Source: Novakomyces olei
Lineage: Eukaryota
Direction of reading: 5' to 3'
Assembly: GCA_016906335.1 (NCBI GenBank)
Contig: JADEYG010000003.1
Coordinates: 992,001 to 1,056,000 of the forward strand
DNA: 64,000 nt
In this document: positions 25,248 to 37,566 of the stretch, piece after piece
Position numbering within the stretch: the stretch's first letter is position 1
How the letters are laid out: every line of letters begins with the position of its first letter
Program-made: the position numbers and the translations under genes
Notes under the pieces: model-generated
Told to the model about the DNA's origin: nothing
The model's input: the letters and a program-made list of their open reading frames with translations, nothing else
Databases searched by the model: none

Positions 25248-25963
25248 TTATTCACCAGGCTTGACAAAATTGACCTTGTCGTTCCAGAAAAGTGTCTTCG
25301 TGCCGTCGCCAAAAGGAAAATCGCGAGCGTGCCAGTTCTGGTATTCCATCTGGGGCTTCTCAGGATCGGGCGGGTGTTCATGCAAATGCTCTTCGTGGTC
25401 AGTGAACAGCCTATACGCATTGTAGCCACCGGCTATAATGGCGGGGATACAGAGACTAGATGTTAGATGGAACAAGTAAGCTTATAAATTGCTGCCCTGC
25501 AGCGCTCAAGTGCAGGTTTTGGACTGACGGTCCGGCAAGAGATATTTCGTGGGGGGCAAAACAAAGCAACAAGTTTTTGCCAATTAAAAATGCCTTTAAA
25601 AGTGCCTTTAAACGACCGATTCATGAACCGGCTCGGTGAAGGCTCAGGCAATTGAATAAATGGAAGGCTCCTTACTAGACAGAGATCTTGCGCCACAGAT
25701 CTTGATCGTTAGCGAAACTGCAGTCAAATTTACGCTGTATTCTTCAGCTTACCAGCAGTTCCAGCAGCGTGCTCGCGAGCAGCGGAACGCCTTTCCGACA
25801 GCAGACTGTACTCGTGCTTCAGATTTTCGTCAATCTTGAAAGCGGACGGTGCGGAACTTGCGGGGGCCGCAAATTGGGTTTTAGCCGCGCTGGAAAAGGA
25901 GCGTGCCGCAAGAGCTTGCGTTCTTGCAGACGCGGCCGCCATTGTCGCTACACGCAACACCAT
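25248..25963 (-). CDS. COX13: Cytochrome c oxidase subunit VIa, 3 exons
   Basis: REHAAGTA|..LWRKIS|..YQNWHARDFPFGDGTKTLFWN. Confidence 0.92.
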
Positions 25964-26535
25964 AATGAATTGCAATCGGAACGTAAGCTTGAACCGCAAT
26001 GTGTTTGGTCCTCGTCTGATGTAGCGTCTAGAGTTGGTAGATTGGAGTTAGGGTTTTCGGGCGCATTAGCAGGGTTTTCATTGATGAACCATGCCGGCGG
26101 TGTTACTTGTGTGTGTGCCGTAGTGCATTCATTACATGGTAGGTGTACTATATTGTGGACTAATATTTCATTACCTATAGTTAGTCGCATTCTGGTACAG
26201 TATGGTATAAAACTTTGGAATGTGTGCCTGTTTTAACAGCATTAGACTTCGGTAAAGGGAGGCCGGCTGTTTTATATGGAAGTCGAAAACATTAAATCAA
26301 TTCCCTTTATTTGTGCTTATAGTTGATCCTATTTATTTATCTATTTATTTATTTATTTATCTATTTATTTATTTATTTATTTTATAATAACTTTATTATC
26401 CAACAGGGACTGCACTGTACTATCTATCGCCTACTAAATAACCAACTATACATGACCAAAACTATACAGGTCCACTCTACTAATGCAAAGATCAATGCCT
26501 AATCAATATGTACACTTGCTGTGCCTTTAAACAGC

Positions 26536-28557
26536 TCATGAAGGGTACCGGCTGCCTCGTTCTGCGCTGACTCCATAAACATTCATTGGACCCGTCGCGT
26601 CCAAGCGCGAACGGTAAGGTCGTTGCTGTGGAACTGGCGCACCCAGGTCTCCACCAGCCACAGAGAAATTTGCCCGTGGCGAGATGAAATTGTGCCCACG
26701 AACCCCACCACGGCCCCCACCACGTCCCCCACCGCGACCACCACCTCGAACTGCTCGACCGCCACCGGCTAAAGGCCCCGTGGGTAATTCGAAATCAGGG
26801 TTGTTTGAGAGCAACTGGTTCATTTTGTCTGAGTTATCCTTCCGTCTAGGGTTAATTGCCCCCGTAAACTCTTGGCCCGAGGAGGGCTGCCATTTAGGAT
26901 TAACTCCACGTTGACTAACGCTCGTAAAATTGCTCGAAGTGCTTCCTGTCGGCGACTGCGGCTGCTCCGTAGGCCGAGTCAAATCGTAGTTTGAATCCTC
27001 ATTGCCCATGGCTCCTCTATATAGCTTTGAGCTGCTCCCGTTTGCAGAAGTATTGAAGTTTAGGGCACTATCAAGACTGGACTGGGAAGCGTTTCGCAGT
27101 CCCCCACCAACAAAACTTGTGCTTGCTTCGCGGTAACTCGGCAGAGACTGCTGGTTGTATCGAGGCTGCTGGCTTTGCAATTGCTGTTGCTGCCGAGGCA
27201 AATTTTTGCCGGCAAAGGGAGGACGCGGAGGCATGCCGTCCATACGATTGGGGACTGGATCATCTGCCAATTGCTGAAGCGCCCACTGCTGGCGTGGAGG
27301 CACATAGGTAGGTGCTTGAGCCTCTGTGCTTCTATCCAAGGGTTTTCTTTGCTCAAAAGGTCTTTGTTCGTGTCTCTGGTTAAACCCTCTTTGCTCTCGA
27401 CCTGGCAGAGTCGCCTCCTTTCCGTCTGGTTGTTTTGTTTTAGCCACGGCCGGAACAATTGGGCCTACTGGTCCAGGAGGAAGTCGTCCGACTGGAATTT
27501 GGCCTGGGCCAGAAAATCCTGGCTGAGGGACATTTGCTGGCTGTGCGGAGGAAGGAGCATTGAAGGCAATTTTGGGGATAGTTGGTTCTCCCAACTGCCG
27601 ATGCTGAGGAGGCACAGGCGGAACCGAGGGCACATTTGACTGGATATTATTGGCAGCCCTGTTTGCCCTTTGCGCCGACAGTGGTAGCCTTGATGATGAC
27701 GAGTGTGAGGAAACATTGTAAAGATTGCTAATGTCTGCCGGCCGCCTATAATTGCTATCATCATTGTTATTATTGTCATTCCGAAGCCGACGACTCCTCT
27801 CTGAATCGTCATTATTACGTAAAAGGCTCCGATCCTCCTCGTCACTGCCAGACTGTGAATGCGTACTCGATTTGACAACGTCGATCTCTGTAAACTGTGG
27901 GAGAGACGCTGTATTCTCATGGACGAGCTCCTTGTCCATGTCCCCTTGTTTTGCAAAATAAGCTGCTCCCGACATTTCTGGATTATCAGCAATACGACGG
28001 TGCATTGCCTTGCGCATTGCGACTCGGCGACGGCCAAAGCAAAGAGCAATAGCGGCAAAAATATCAAGAATAGCCGCCACCAGTGTGACCCATGTGCCCC
28101 AGGACGCATTGGCCGCCGGAACAAACAAGAGCATGTCCACAATAAAGGCAAGCAGCGTCACAATCAGCGTTGGAAGCAGAGAAAAAATTGTAAAGGAGAA
28201 GAACCGGGCAGAGTGGGCGGCGGAGCGTATGTGAGCAATAAGTGTTATTAAAAAACTGATAAGGCTGAGCCCGGCAGCAACGGGATGAGCAATAAGGATA
28301 TACGACAAAATGTGACGAGAATTTGCTGACAGCCTGAACGCGTTAGACCCTGTGATTTGAGGGTAGCCGACTCCAATGGGAGAACAATCGTCGCCGACAA
28401 TGCGGCAGTAGCCAAAGACACCATACCGGTACCCGTCTGCCTCTGCCAAGTAGGAAAAAGACGCGATTGGTACAGATACCACAGTGAGTATTAGCAGCAC
28501 AAAGGCGATGAATGTTATTATAGCGCCGAGGGACGCTGTGCGAAATCGCACGGCCAT
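26536..28557 (-). CDS. RIM9: SUR7/PalI family pH-response membrane protein with long disordered tail
   Basis: YGVFGYC..CSPIGVGY, LIAHPVAAGL, 3-4 TM helices, SNFTSVSQRGVNPKW. Confidence 0.85.
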   Translation of the reverse strand: MAVRFRTASLGAIITFIAFVLLILTVVSVPIASFSYLAEADGYRYGVFGYCRIVGDDCSPIGVGYPQITGSNAFRLSANSRHILSYILIAHPVAAGLSLISFLITLIAHIRSAAHSARFFSFTIFSLLPTLIVTLLAFIVDMLLFVPAANASWGTWVTLVAAILDIFAAIALCFGRRRVAMRKAMHRRIADNPEMSGAAYFAKQGDMDKELVHENTASLPQFTEIDVVKSSTHSQSGSDEEDRSLLRNNDDSERSRRLRNDNNNNDDSNYRRPADISNLYNVSSHSSSSRLPLSAQRANRAANNIQSNVPSVPPVPPQHRQLGEPTIPKIAFNAPSSAQPANVPQPGFSGPGQIPVGRLPPGPVGPIVPAVAKTKQPDGKEATLPGREQRGFNQRHEQRPFEQRKPLDRSTEAQAPTYVPPRQQWALQQLADDPVPNRMDGMPPRPPFAGKNLPRQQQQLQSQQPRYNQQSLPSYREASTSFVGGGLRNASQSSLDSALNFNTSANGSSSKLYRGAMGNEDSNYDLTRPTEQPQSPTGSTSSNFTSVSQRGVNPKWQPSSGQEFTGAINPRRKDNSDKMNQLLSNNPDFELPTGPLAGGGRAVRGGGRGGGRGGGRGGVRGHNFISPRANFSVAGGDLGAPVPQQRPYRSRLDATGPMNVYGVSAERGSRYPS

Positions 28558-29429
28558 GCTGTAGTGATTAGGGCTAGGGTTTAGCGGCAAGTCGATATGC
28601 TCTCGAGCCACGAATCAATGCAATGACAAGAAATTATCGCTCAGACGTATCTAACAGACTGTATCGATACAAATTCAAAGTTTACCTTGCGCCAAAGTTT
28701 TCTCAACTGAATTTTTTTTTTTTAAATGAAAAAGGCAACAAAAAGATCGACTGTTTGGATCCGACGAACCCCAATTTGATCGAAAAAGCGTTTCAGTTTG
28801 ATAACGAGCGCAATTCTGGAGCGGCAAGTCGCGTAAATATCTCACACGCGAATAGACCACGGGTCAATTACGTCGCAGATCAAACTTTGTTCAGAGACAA
28901 AAGCGCGACGGGAACAAACCCAAGGGCGACACGGAACTCTAATCTGAGAGCGGACAAAGTGGAGCAGAGCTAAGCTTTACCGGTGACTTTGAATAAATTA
29001 CAAAGATTGACAATAAGCCTTGACCCTGGCCTTGCTCGGTCCTGACCTTTGTACACGGGCAAGTGGGCTCTTTTGCCTCTGGATCGCCTAGTGCCTGTCG
29101 AATGTGGCGCAGAAAACCCTACCAAAGGGCTGGCTAATTCAGCCATTGTTGTTTAATGCACCGATGATAACGCGTTTATATTTAAGTATATTTATGTTTA
29201 AATATATTTATATTTAAGTTAATTATATGATTGTAGAATCTACTATAGTTTACCCACGGATATTACTCGCGACACACAAGTAATTTATTAATGTTTGTTT
29301 TATGATATTGACCCTGGAACTATTGCAACTGCTGAAGCTTTATTTTTCTTTGGAATATTTCGAGCTTATTTTCATAGTAGTTTAAATCCAACAAGTTCTG
29401 TCCCGTATATTATTCTATATTTGTATGAC

Positions 29430-29473
29430 CACAGTATGGGCACAGTATGGGCAACAGTATGGGCATAGTATGG
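29430..29473. repeat. Four ~11-bp CACAGTATGGG tandem units in the RIM9-MAM3 intergenic region
   Basis: Read directly from the sequence. Confidence 0.85.
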
Positions 29474-30492
29474 AGCACGCGCATATATTAATCCATTTTA
29501 TGCCGTTATCTCTCCAATAGCGAATATCAATACTGATTGATATATCAACTTTGTCGACCGACTGAGCTTTATAAATATTTACAGAGGTAGTAAGAATTAT
29601 TATTTCTGTATGTTGTAGAAACAGCGCGGCGACTCAATTTAAGTGGTAATACTAGCTGCACGACTATGTTTCACTTGGTTGCGAAGCACACTTGTCTCAG
29701 CGTATGAGAACATCTAAGAATGAAGTGTATAACCTTGTGCATTGAAAGTGTACGAAAATGGAGTGTTTGACCGTATGTATATACTCAAACCTAATGTAAA
29801 CAAACTGCCTGAACAACACTTTTAAACAGCTTTTTATTAATGAGCTTGACCTCGACGAATAGTATACATATTCAAACGTTCATCTACTCACAACGAACCA
29901 AGCTCCAACGAACCTTCATCGACGCCGCTCCCCGATCTGTATACGCGAGGACCCCGCGTAAATATTATTATCATCGTGACAAGTAACGCTGGCCACCGGT
30001 ATACATATTATGTACACAATTCACAAAAGATACGTAATATTACTTGTACGGTGTGAATAATGTAGTAATTATACTCCGCTTTTCAAGTAATGCTTACTTA
30101 TCACTTGTGTCATCATGTCAGTGAGACAAGACATTGCTTATCGTAATCTATTTACGCACGTCAGCACGTCTATGTTCACACTATATTTGTTAGTTAATAT
30201 ATTGCACGTGCACTTTTACCCGACCTACGCCAAGTCTCGTAGGCGTTTCGTACGGCACCCTTACCGTTCGCTAACACGCGAGCTTGCAATCTGAACTCGT
30301 AATCTTCCAAGACTCATAAAGGCTCTGTTTGACTCAACCAAACTCTGGGAGTCTGGAGTTTCAACTGGTTTATTACACAGTTTCCACTTCAATCAGTCAT
30401 TCCTGACTTTGATATATTTACCGCGCCGGTCGTGGTGACAAATTAAAACAGCTTCTATTCACTCCCCGTCGACTGGTCTTGCCGATTGTTTT

Positions 30493-32613
30493 ATGGTAGA
30501 GACGCAATCGTCTACCAAACACTCTCGCCGCTGCGGTACCCGACTCTTGTCTTTAGCCGATCAATGTGAACAGCTCGCCGAGCCCGCGTTCGCTAAGCCT
30601 CTAGTCCATCGCCCGGTCGATCAAGACTACAGCGAACAGTTTCTGCAGTCAGCCTGGTCCCCACTTGTCTCCAAGTACCTGCACTCTCTGTCCCTGCTGC
30701 TTTTGTGGGTCTACATCGCTGCGGCCCCTACTTGCGCCGCTGCCTCCAACTCTCACTCTGCTCATGCTGGCACGCAGTCTCACCAGAATGCCCACGGCCA
30801 CCATAAACCAGTGTCCGTTTACGTTTGGGAATGGATCGCTGTCCTTTTGCTCGTCTGTGTCTCGGGCGTTTCTGCGGGACTCACTCTCGGGCTTATGAGC
30901 CTCGACGAAACACAGCTGTACGTACTTTCCCAGTCTGGTTCCACCCAGCAGAGAAGGTGGGCTGAAAAGATTATGCCGATTAGGAGAAAGGGCCATTTGC
31001 TACTCGTTTCGCTCCTGCTGCTAAACGTCGTTGTGAATGAATCACTGCCTATTATATCGGAAGACGCGCTGGGCAGTGGCGTCTTTTCCATCGTTGTTTC
31101 CACCATTTTAATCGTCATTTTTAGTGAAATATTGCCACAAGCAATCTGCTCCCGTCACGGGTTGGCTGTTGGCGCAGCCCTGGCTGTTCCCGTCCAGCTG
31201 ATAATCTGGATCGAGTTTATCGTTGCTTACCCTATTGCCCGGCTACTAGACTGGATGCTGGGCCAGCATCATGGTATTATCTACCGTCGAGCTGAGCTGA
31301 AGGAACTCATCCGCTTTCATGCCCAGCAACAGCATCATGGCGGAGACTTGAACGTCGATGCTGTCACCATTATGAGAGGCGCTCTTGACCTTCAGGAAAA
31401 GGTAGTCAGGGATGCAATGACGGATATCGATAAGGCTTTTTGTCTGCCAATTGACTGCCGACTGGACCGGACTACTGTGCAGCGTATAGTTGATTCTGGA
31501 CATTCAAGGATACCTGTTTACGAGGGCACTTTGAATAATGCACAGGACAACGTTGGAGAAGGAAGTGAAGGACAAACAAAAGGAAGTGAGGCAGTTGAAG
31601 GCAATCAAACATTATCATACAAGATTATAGGCTGCCTTTTGACAAAAAGCCTTATTCTTATCGACCCGGACGATGCTCTGCCCCTAAGGGATATAGCAAT
31701 TATCCGTATGCCCTATGTTCAAGACAATCTGCCTCTGTTCGATATACTCAATTCCTTCCAGGAAGGCAACTCGCACATGGCGATCGTTGTGCCTTCGCCT
31801 CCACGTGCCGGTGAAGGTGGCAGTGGGCCAGATAATGGAAGCGATGGCCATCCTGAAAGCTCAAGATCATCATTTGATGACGTCACACAGCCTATGCTTG
31901 CAGGTGGGCAGCAGGTACCGCTTTTCCCGCTGTGGTCAGAGGCTGATATGGAGCAACTGCCGCCTATTGGCATAATAACTCTGGAAGACGTGCTGGAAGA
32001 GCTGATCCAGGAGCCCATCTGGGACGAGTCTGACGTGCAAGAATCGCTGAATAATGCAAGACGGCCTCGAGCTGGGCTAGCTGTTCCCTTGGAGACTGGT
32101 GAGCGGCTTATTTTGGCAACAGACCGGTTTCGTCAGCAAGTTGTAGCTGCACCAAAGGCAGTTCGATCCAAGTCGAACATTGCAAAAGCCGTGGAAGGCA
32201 AAAATGAAGATGCAAGTACAGTGGGGCCCTTAAAGCCAAATTCGCCGACGACTGATGCGATAAGAGAAAAGGAGGATTATTTGGCAATTGATAAGAAACG
32301 TAACGAGGAAGCAGAGCGTTTAATGAAGAAATCTGAGTACCAAGCCAGTCCAGCAGAAACAGGCCAGGTCGAGGATTTTACGCATTATCCCCGCATTCAA
32401 CAGGTGTCTGGCCACAACTCACCCAAAAAGAGCTTGCCGAATCTGCCTGCTGATGCTATTCTGCCTGCTGATGCTATTCTGCCTGCTGATGCTATTCTAC
32501 CTTCTGGTCTCCGTTCAATATCGCCCAGACTTTCTATGGATCAGCAAAAACGCAGCCAATCACCTGCTACCAGGAACAGGTTCAAAAGTATTGCCCTCAA
32601 CTCGAAGCATTAG
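30493..32613 (+). CDS. MAM3: CNNM/DUF21-CBS metal (Mg/Mn) homeostasis protein
   Basis: GLTLGLMSLD, HLLLVSLLL, EILPQAIC.RHGL, SGHSRIPVY, FQEGNSHMAIV, GIITLEDVLEELI. Confidence 0.9.
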   Translation: MVETQSSTKHSRRCGTRLLSLADQCEQLAEPAFAKPLVHRPVDQDYSEQFLQSAWSPLVSKYLHSLSLLLLWVYIAAAPTCAAASNSHSAHAGTQSHQNAHGHHKPVSVYVWEWIAVLLLVCVSGVSAGLTLGLMSLDETQLYVLSQSGSTQQRRWAEKIMPIRRKGHLLLVSLLLLNVVVNESLPIISEDALGSGVFSIVVSTILIVIFSEILPQAICSRHGLAVGAALAVPVQLIIWIEFIVAYPIARLLDWMLGQHHGIIYRRAELKELIRFHAQQQHHGGDLNVDAVTIMRGALDLQEKVVRDAMTDIDKAFCLPIDCRLDRTTVQRIVDSGHSRIPVYEGTLNNAQDNVGEGSEGQTKGSEAVEGNQTLSYKIIGCLLTKSLILIDPDDALPLRDIAIIRMPYVQDNLPLFDILNSFQEGNSHMAIVVPSPPRAGEGGSGPDNGSDGHPESSRSSFDDVTQPMLAGGQQVPLFPLWSEADMEQLPPIGIITLEDVLEELIQEPIWDESDVQESLNNARRPRAGLAVPLETGERLILATDRFRQQVVAAPKAVRSKSNIAKAVEGKNEDASTVGPLKPNSPTTDAIREKEDYLAIDKKRNEEAERLMKKSEYQASPAETGQVEDFTHYPRIQQVSGHNSPKKSLPNLPADAILPADAILPADAILPSGLRSISPRLSMDQQKRSQSPATRNRFKSIALNSKH
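32443..32500 (+). repeat. 18-bp coding repeat (LPADAI)x3
   Basis: ctgcctgctgatgctatt x3. Confidence 0.9.
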
Positions 32614-33248
32614 CGGAATTTTCCTTATTTTTTTGGGTCTGGATCTGATTGTGGCTAGGATTGCTGCTATGATTTTATTTTAGTTTTTATTAGTTGAATG
32701 CGTGTATAAATAACTATCATCAATTCGATTTTATGCTTCATCAAAGCAGATTTGATAAAGCTGCGCAGCATTGCTGAATATCTACAGAGAGCTGATAGTT
32801 GCCAGTGAGGTACGGCTCGCATCGACGCGTCCACAGTTGCATAAATATAAATTTAGATTTCGTTATTATAGAATAAATGAAACGAACACTTGTGCTCCTT
32901 TTGCTTAACAGAAGCATTTCTAGACTCGGCTCTCGTACAAATAATTCATACTTTGGGTATAATTAATATTATTATTTATTTAAAACTTTAACAATATATT
33001 AGGGTATCTACTTCCAGGGTTAGGGCCAATGATACGAGCACTCTATAAACAGATATTAATAGCAATTTAAATCGGTTCCACAGTAAATAAATCGGACGAG
33101 ATGCGTGTAATATAATAAATATTATCAATCTTTAATTATTGGATATTTATTATAATATATAATAATTATAATATATAATAATTATAATATATTTATTGGC
33201 TATTTATTAGATTTGTTGCAACTACCGTCTACGCTCAACGTGGGCCGT

Positions 33249-33302
33249 GACCACTCAGACCACTCAGACCACTCAGACCACTCAGACCACTCAGACCAAT
33301 CA
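33249..33302 (+). repeat. (GACCACTCA)x5 plus GACCAATCA upstream of SED5
   Basis: Read directly from the sequence. Confidence 0.92.
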
Positions 33303-33338
33303 GCTTGAACCCGTCAGCGAGTTTTTATCACGTGCGCC

Positions 33339-34499
33339 ATGTCGCGGACGGAGTCGGCGCCGTCCACCTTTCAGGACCGGACTCATGAGTTTAATGCGTG
33401 TGTTGCGTCTATAAGAACACGGGCGGCCAGACGGCCTGGAGCAACTTTGAACGGAGTCTCATCGGCACCGCTGTCACGAAGCGGAACTCCGACGCGGCCC
33501 GCGTCTCTAGACTCTGGCCGTCGGCTGCCGAAATCAGAATTTTCGCTGGCTGCAAGTCAGATCAGCCAGGGAATCAACGAGTGTGGTGCAAAACTACAGA
33601 AATTGGCCCAGTGTATGCTTTGATTGACTCGAGTGAGATGACTATAAATTAATGGAAAAAAATAATTATGAAAATACAAAAAATATAATTATAATAAAGT
33701 TTGATATATTTGCAAAACGCACGGCAACTAACATGCAGTGGCTAAACGGAAAACCCTGTTTGATGATCGGCCGGTCGAGATCACTGAACTGACGTATATA
33801 ATCAAGCAAGAAATATCGACATTGAACACGCAACTCTCAGATTTGCGTGCGAAAATGAGGGCAGCTCGGCGCGGTCATGGACGCCAGCAGGCGAATGAGC
33901 ATACGGATAATGTGGTTGCTTCACTGCAAACAAAGCTGGCAGATACGAGTCTTACGTTCAAAGACGTATTAGAAATCAGGACACAAAACATCAAGGCGGC
34001 CAAATCACGAGAGGCTCAGTTTACTGCTCGTGCAGGCGCTGGAGCAGCAGGAGGACGGGGTACCCCAGCTTTTTCGCTACCGCAGGCGGGAGCACCTGGA
34101 AATACATCTGGCCAGGAAGCCCAGGATACTGAAAATCTTATCTTGGACATGGACGATGAGTCTGCTGGAGGTAATACTCAATACCAGCAAATGCAGCTTA
34201 TGGAGCAACAAAACAGTGGTGCCAATTATTTGGGAGAGCGCGGGATGGCGATAGAATCAATAGAGAGGACAATCACTGAACTTGGTGGGATGTTTAATCA
34301 GCTGATGCAGATGGTTGCTGAGCAAAGGGAATCCGTGCAGCGAATTGAGTACAATACGGAGGACATTTCGACAAATATCTCTGGCGCACAACGTGAATTG
34401 ATCCGGTACTTCAACCGTGTTACAAGCAACAGGTGGCTCATGCTCAAGATGTTTGGTATTCTCATGCTGTTCTTCCTGCTGTTTGTTTTCCTCAAGTAG
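33339..34499 (+). CDS. SED5: cis-Golgi syntaxin (intron 33613-33738)
   Basis: QDRTHEF, LAKRKTLFDDRPVEI, SNARE IERTITELGGMF, NRWLMLKMF TM. Confidence 0.95.
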
Positions 34500-34717
34500 G
34501 GATAAGGGTGTACGAATATATAAAACTTGGGTTTTTTATAGCCGTAATTTATACACACATTTCGTATTTAGCATCAACACGAATAAACTGAAAGAATCCG
34601 GGAGACTAGTACGATTATACACTGGTATTTTTTGGTAATAAAATTTCATTCTAAAGCGTCAGCACTCGATTCCACCATAATCAAGCGATCAATCAATCAA
34701 TCAATATTATTCGTTGA

Positions 34718-36105
34718 TTATCCATTGCTAGCGGCAGCTTCAATTTGCTCCAGTTCCAAGTCTACATCATTTTTAGTTATAGTACAGTCCTGCAAAGCTT
34801 GTGCTAGAGAAGCCAAAGTATTCTCCCTCGCACTTGACTTTGCCCAGGTAAGGTAGTGCTCAAGGTAGAGAGTGTTGGCCAGGGGAGAAGTGTCGCCGTT
34901 TGCTGCTGCTGCCTTTTCAAACACTTGTGATATATGAAAGAGTACGGAAACAACAGCGCCTGTGCCTTTTTGTAGTATCTGGCAAGTATCCTTCCAGCAA
35001 GCTAAAGCTAGATCCCAGTGCCGGTACAGGGGATAAGACAATGCTCTCCTAATACTGGTCTGTTTCAAGTCCCAGGCACTGGGTATAAAGGCATCTGCTG
35101 AAGAGAGCGCCGGAACCAGCCGACCTATCGTCCACGCGTCTTCCGCCGAAGGCTCTCCCAGAGTAAAGCGCTCGTTATAAGAAAAGGCGTATATGAAGGA
35201 GGCGAGAACGAGATACACGTTTTTATGATCTGCAACGGGTACATCTTCCATGTTTGTACAAGTATTGCTCTCTTCAATCTGCGAATCTTGCTGAGTAGGT
35301 TTAGGGGACGCATCTTTTGTGCTTGCTTCGCTAGATCCGCGTGCCACCAATGTGTCCAGGCATTCCGGGTAATCTGGAATCCTCAATTCGTGTTCAAGGC
35401 TCAAGGCCAGCGCGTCGGGCGGGTCCATATAGTCAGCTGCATAATGCTCATAAGAAAAGTCTTCTTCCTCTACAGACTGCCGCCGCTGTGAGCGTTCGCC
35501 GTTGGTCATCTCCTCGATTGCGTTCGCGTTACGGCCAAAGTCGATGTAGTTTAATGCCACCGCGCTGTCGTCGTAGAACCCATGGAACTGGCAATCGAAC
35601 CCATAACTTTTGCTCTGACTTTGCTATTGCATTAGAAGACAATTGTAAGTAAACACGTATTAAACCAAAAACTGGACTCCTCGTCGGCTCACCCCTTCTT
35701 TTGCTAAAAAATCAATAGAGTCCGCTGTAGTGTTAGCGGCAAAAGTACAAGGCAACGCGTACGTTCTAGGACCTGATCAATGTGCCTTTGCCGAGTGGCC
35801 AAAGGAACAATCGGCCGTTCGTCGAGGGAGACAACGGCAGCCGAGATCAATTCGCCCGGCGCCTTCTTGGACAAGACGATCGACAAAAGGCCGATTGATT
35901 GATTGTATATAGCGGTCGATCGCTCATCCTCTACTACGGCACCTGTCAACTGCAGGCGCAGGTAAAAAGGATCGGCTGATAATATAACGTCCGTTTCCTC
36001 CACAAACGTCTCAATCGCGTCCTCTGCTACACCGGGCAGAAGCACTTTTAAATGGAAAAATTCGCCGTCTTGCTGCGACGTGAATTCTGGCACTATGAGC
36101 GACAT
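34718..36105 (-). CDS. SHQ1: H/ACA snoRNP assembly factor Shq1 (2 introns)
   Basis: N-terminal CS domain (PEFTSQQD..PFYLRL), YGFD, EDAWTIGRL, RRALSYPLYRHWDL. Confidence 0.9.
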
Positions 36106-36423
36106 TGCACAGGATTTGCCAATGAGGTCATAGTGTAGTCGGGAAAAGGTTTGGCCAGAATTTATTACAATTATTCAATATTTAAATTGTTATTCAACAT
36201 TACAATAATCACAACAATTATTTAAATATTACAATTAATTACAATTAATATTCAACATTACAATAATTATTCAAACATTTATCGGTAGATTGTCAAATAC
36301 TGCGTTTATTATGCGTTTATTATACAATAGTGTTTCTGCCTTTACACACATGTGCGTCACTGTCTGAGGCGCCAGACGGTCTATACAGTAATACCGCGAT
36401 CGATTGAGCTCGTTGCCAATAAA

Positions 36424-37322
36424 ATGAACAGGGGTACTTACCTTGAACGCTCATGGCGCGGCTTTAAAGAGCTTTGCGCAGTTGGTACGGATGGAAAGAT
36501 GTATCGCGATAATTAACCCAAGGCTTGAGGCAAAGAGGCCCGGCAGAGCTGCGCAGGGATCTGGTAATGTGCGATTTTTCCCGTGGACACGACGTGGACC
36601 AATTAGCATCTGGATGCGATCGCGACATTTGGGACTCGAGCACGAGCACCGTCAAGGTCGAATACAGCCCGGAGGAAGATGCTGCCCGCTTCCACGGCCG
36701 AATGGGCGCTGGAGGGTACGTGGCCTGGCGTACTCAACAGCCTCTGCCTCATATGTTTGGAGTGCCCAGCTATAACCTTTCTATGCTCAACTATATACAG
36801 TTACGGTAGGATGGAATTGCGCGCTACTTTTTTTAAAATTACATTCTTTTCTGCTTTTTTCTTTTTCCGTACTAGCTTCACTTTTTCGCTCATTTTAAAC
36901 GTACAGACTGAAAGCGATGACGCAACGCAAATTCTACCTAAACATCCAGGCCGACAGTACTGTGCCCACGGATATATACCAGCATCGCGTGTTTCTCACC
37001 ACCCCAGGGCAGTGGGAGACGGTTACTGTAGGTGCCGTGCGTCCAATTGTGGTCTAATTGCAGGTACCTCTGTCAGACTTTGTGCAAACGAACCACGGGC
37101 AAATCGTGCGTGAGCAGGCTCTTATGAACCGCAGCAAAGTACGAACGATCGGCATGTCTATCTTGGATCGGCAGCCAGGGCCGTATGATGTATATATCCG
37201 GGATATTATTGTACGCTGTTTGACTGACTTGTTGCTAATAATTCAAGGCTACTAACAATGCGGGCGACAAGGCGGCCGAGGCTGATAGCGCGGCTGTAGC
37301 AGAGGATGAAAAGCCACAATAG
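36424..37322 (+). CDS. CIA30: Complex I assembly factor CIA30/NDUFAF1, multi-exon
   Basis: SGCDRDI, GYVAWRT, KFYLNIQAD..TDIYQHR, VPLSDFVQTNHG, KVRTIGMS. Confidence 0.85.
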
Positions 37323-37566
37323 TAATCATGAAATTTTTTCGAGTAGACGGCAGTTTGCCATTGCCACGGCAGTAATTAATCGTAATAAATTATAATATTT
37401 CGCGCGAATCTCGCTCATATATTATTGTACATAAATAAATTAATAACCAGTTCCATATTTTATAGCGAAGGTACCAACCGCATCTAATATTCTTAGTATA
37501 CTATAATATATTATAATATATTAGTAGTAAGGTGCGACTTGACGCCAGTTTGAAACAAAAAGAATC

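Noticed and set aside
33249-33302. Short direct repeats as a CRISPR array
   Set aside because: Eukaryotic context, head-to-tail units without spacers, no cas genes
35693-35703. 11-nt microexon in SHQ1
   Set aside because: A better branch point and CAG upstream give an ordinary ~32-nt exon in the same frame
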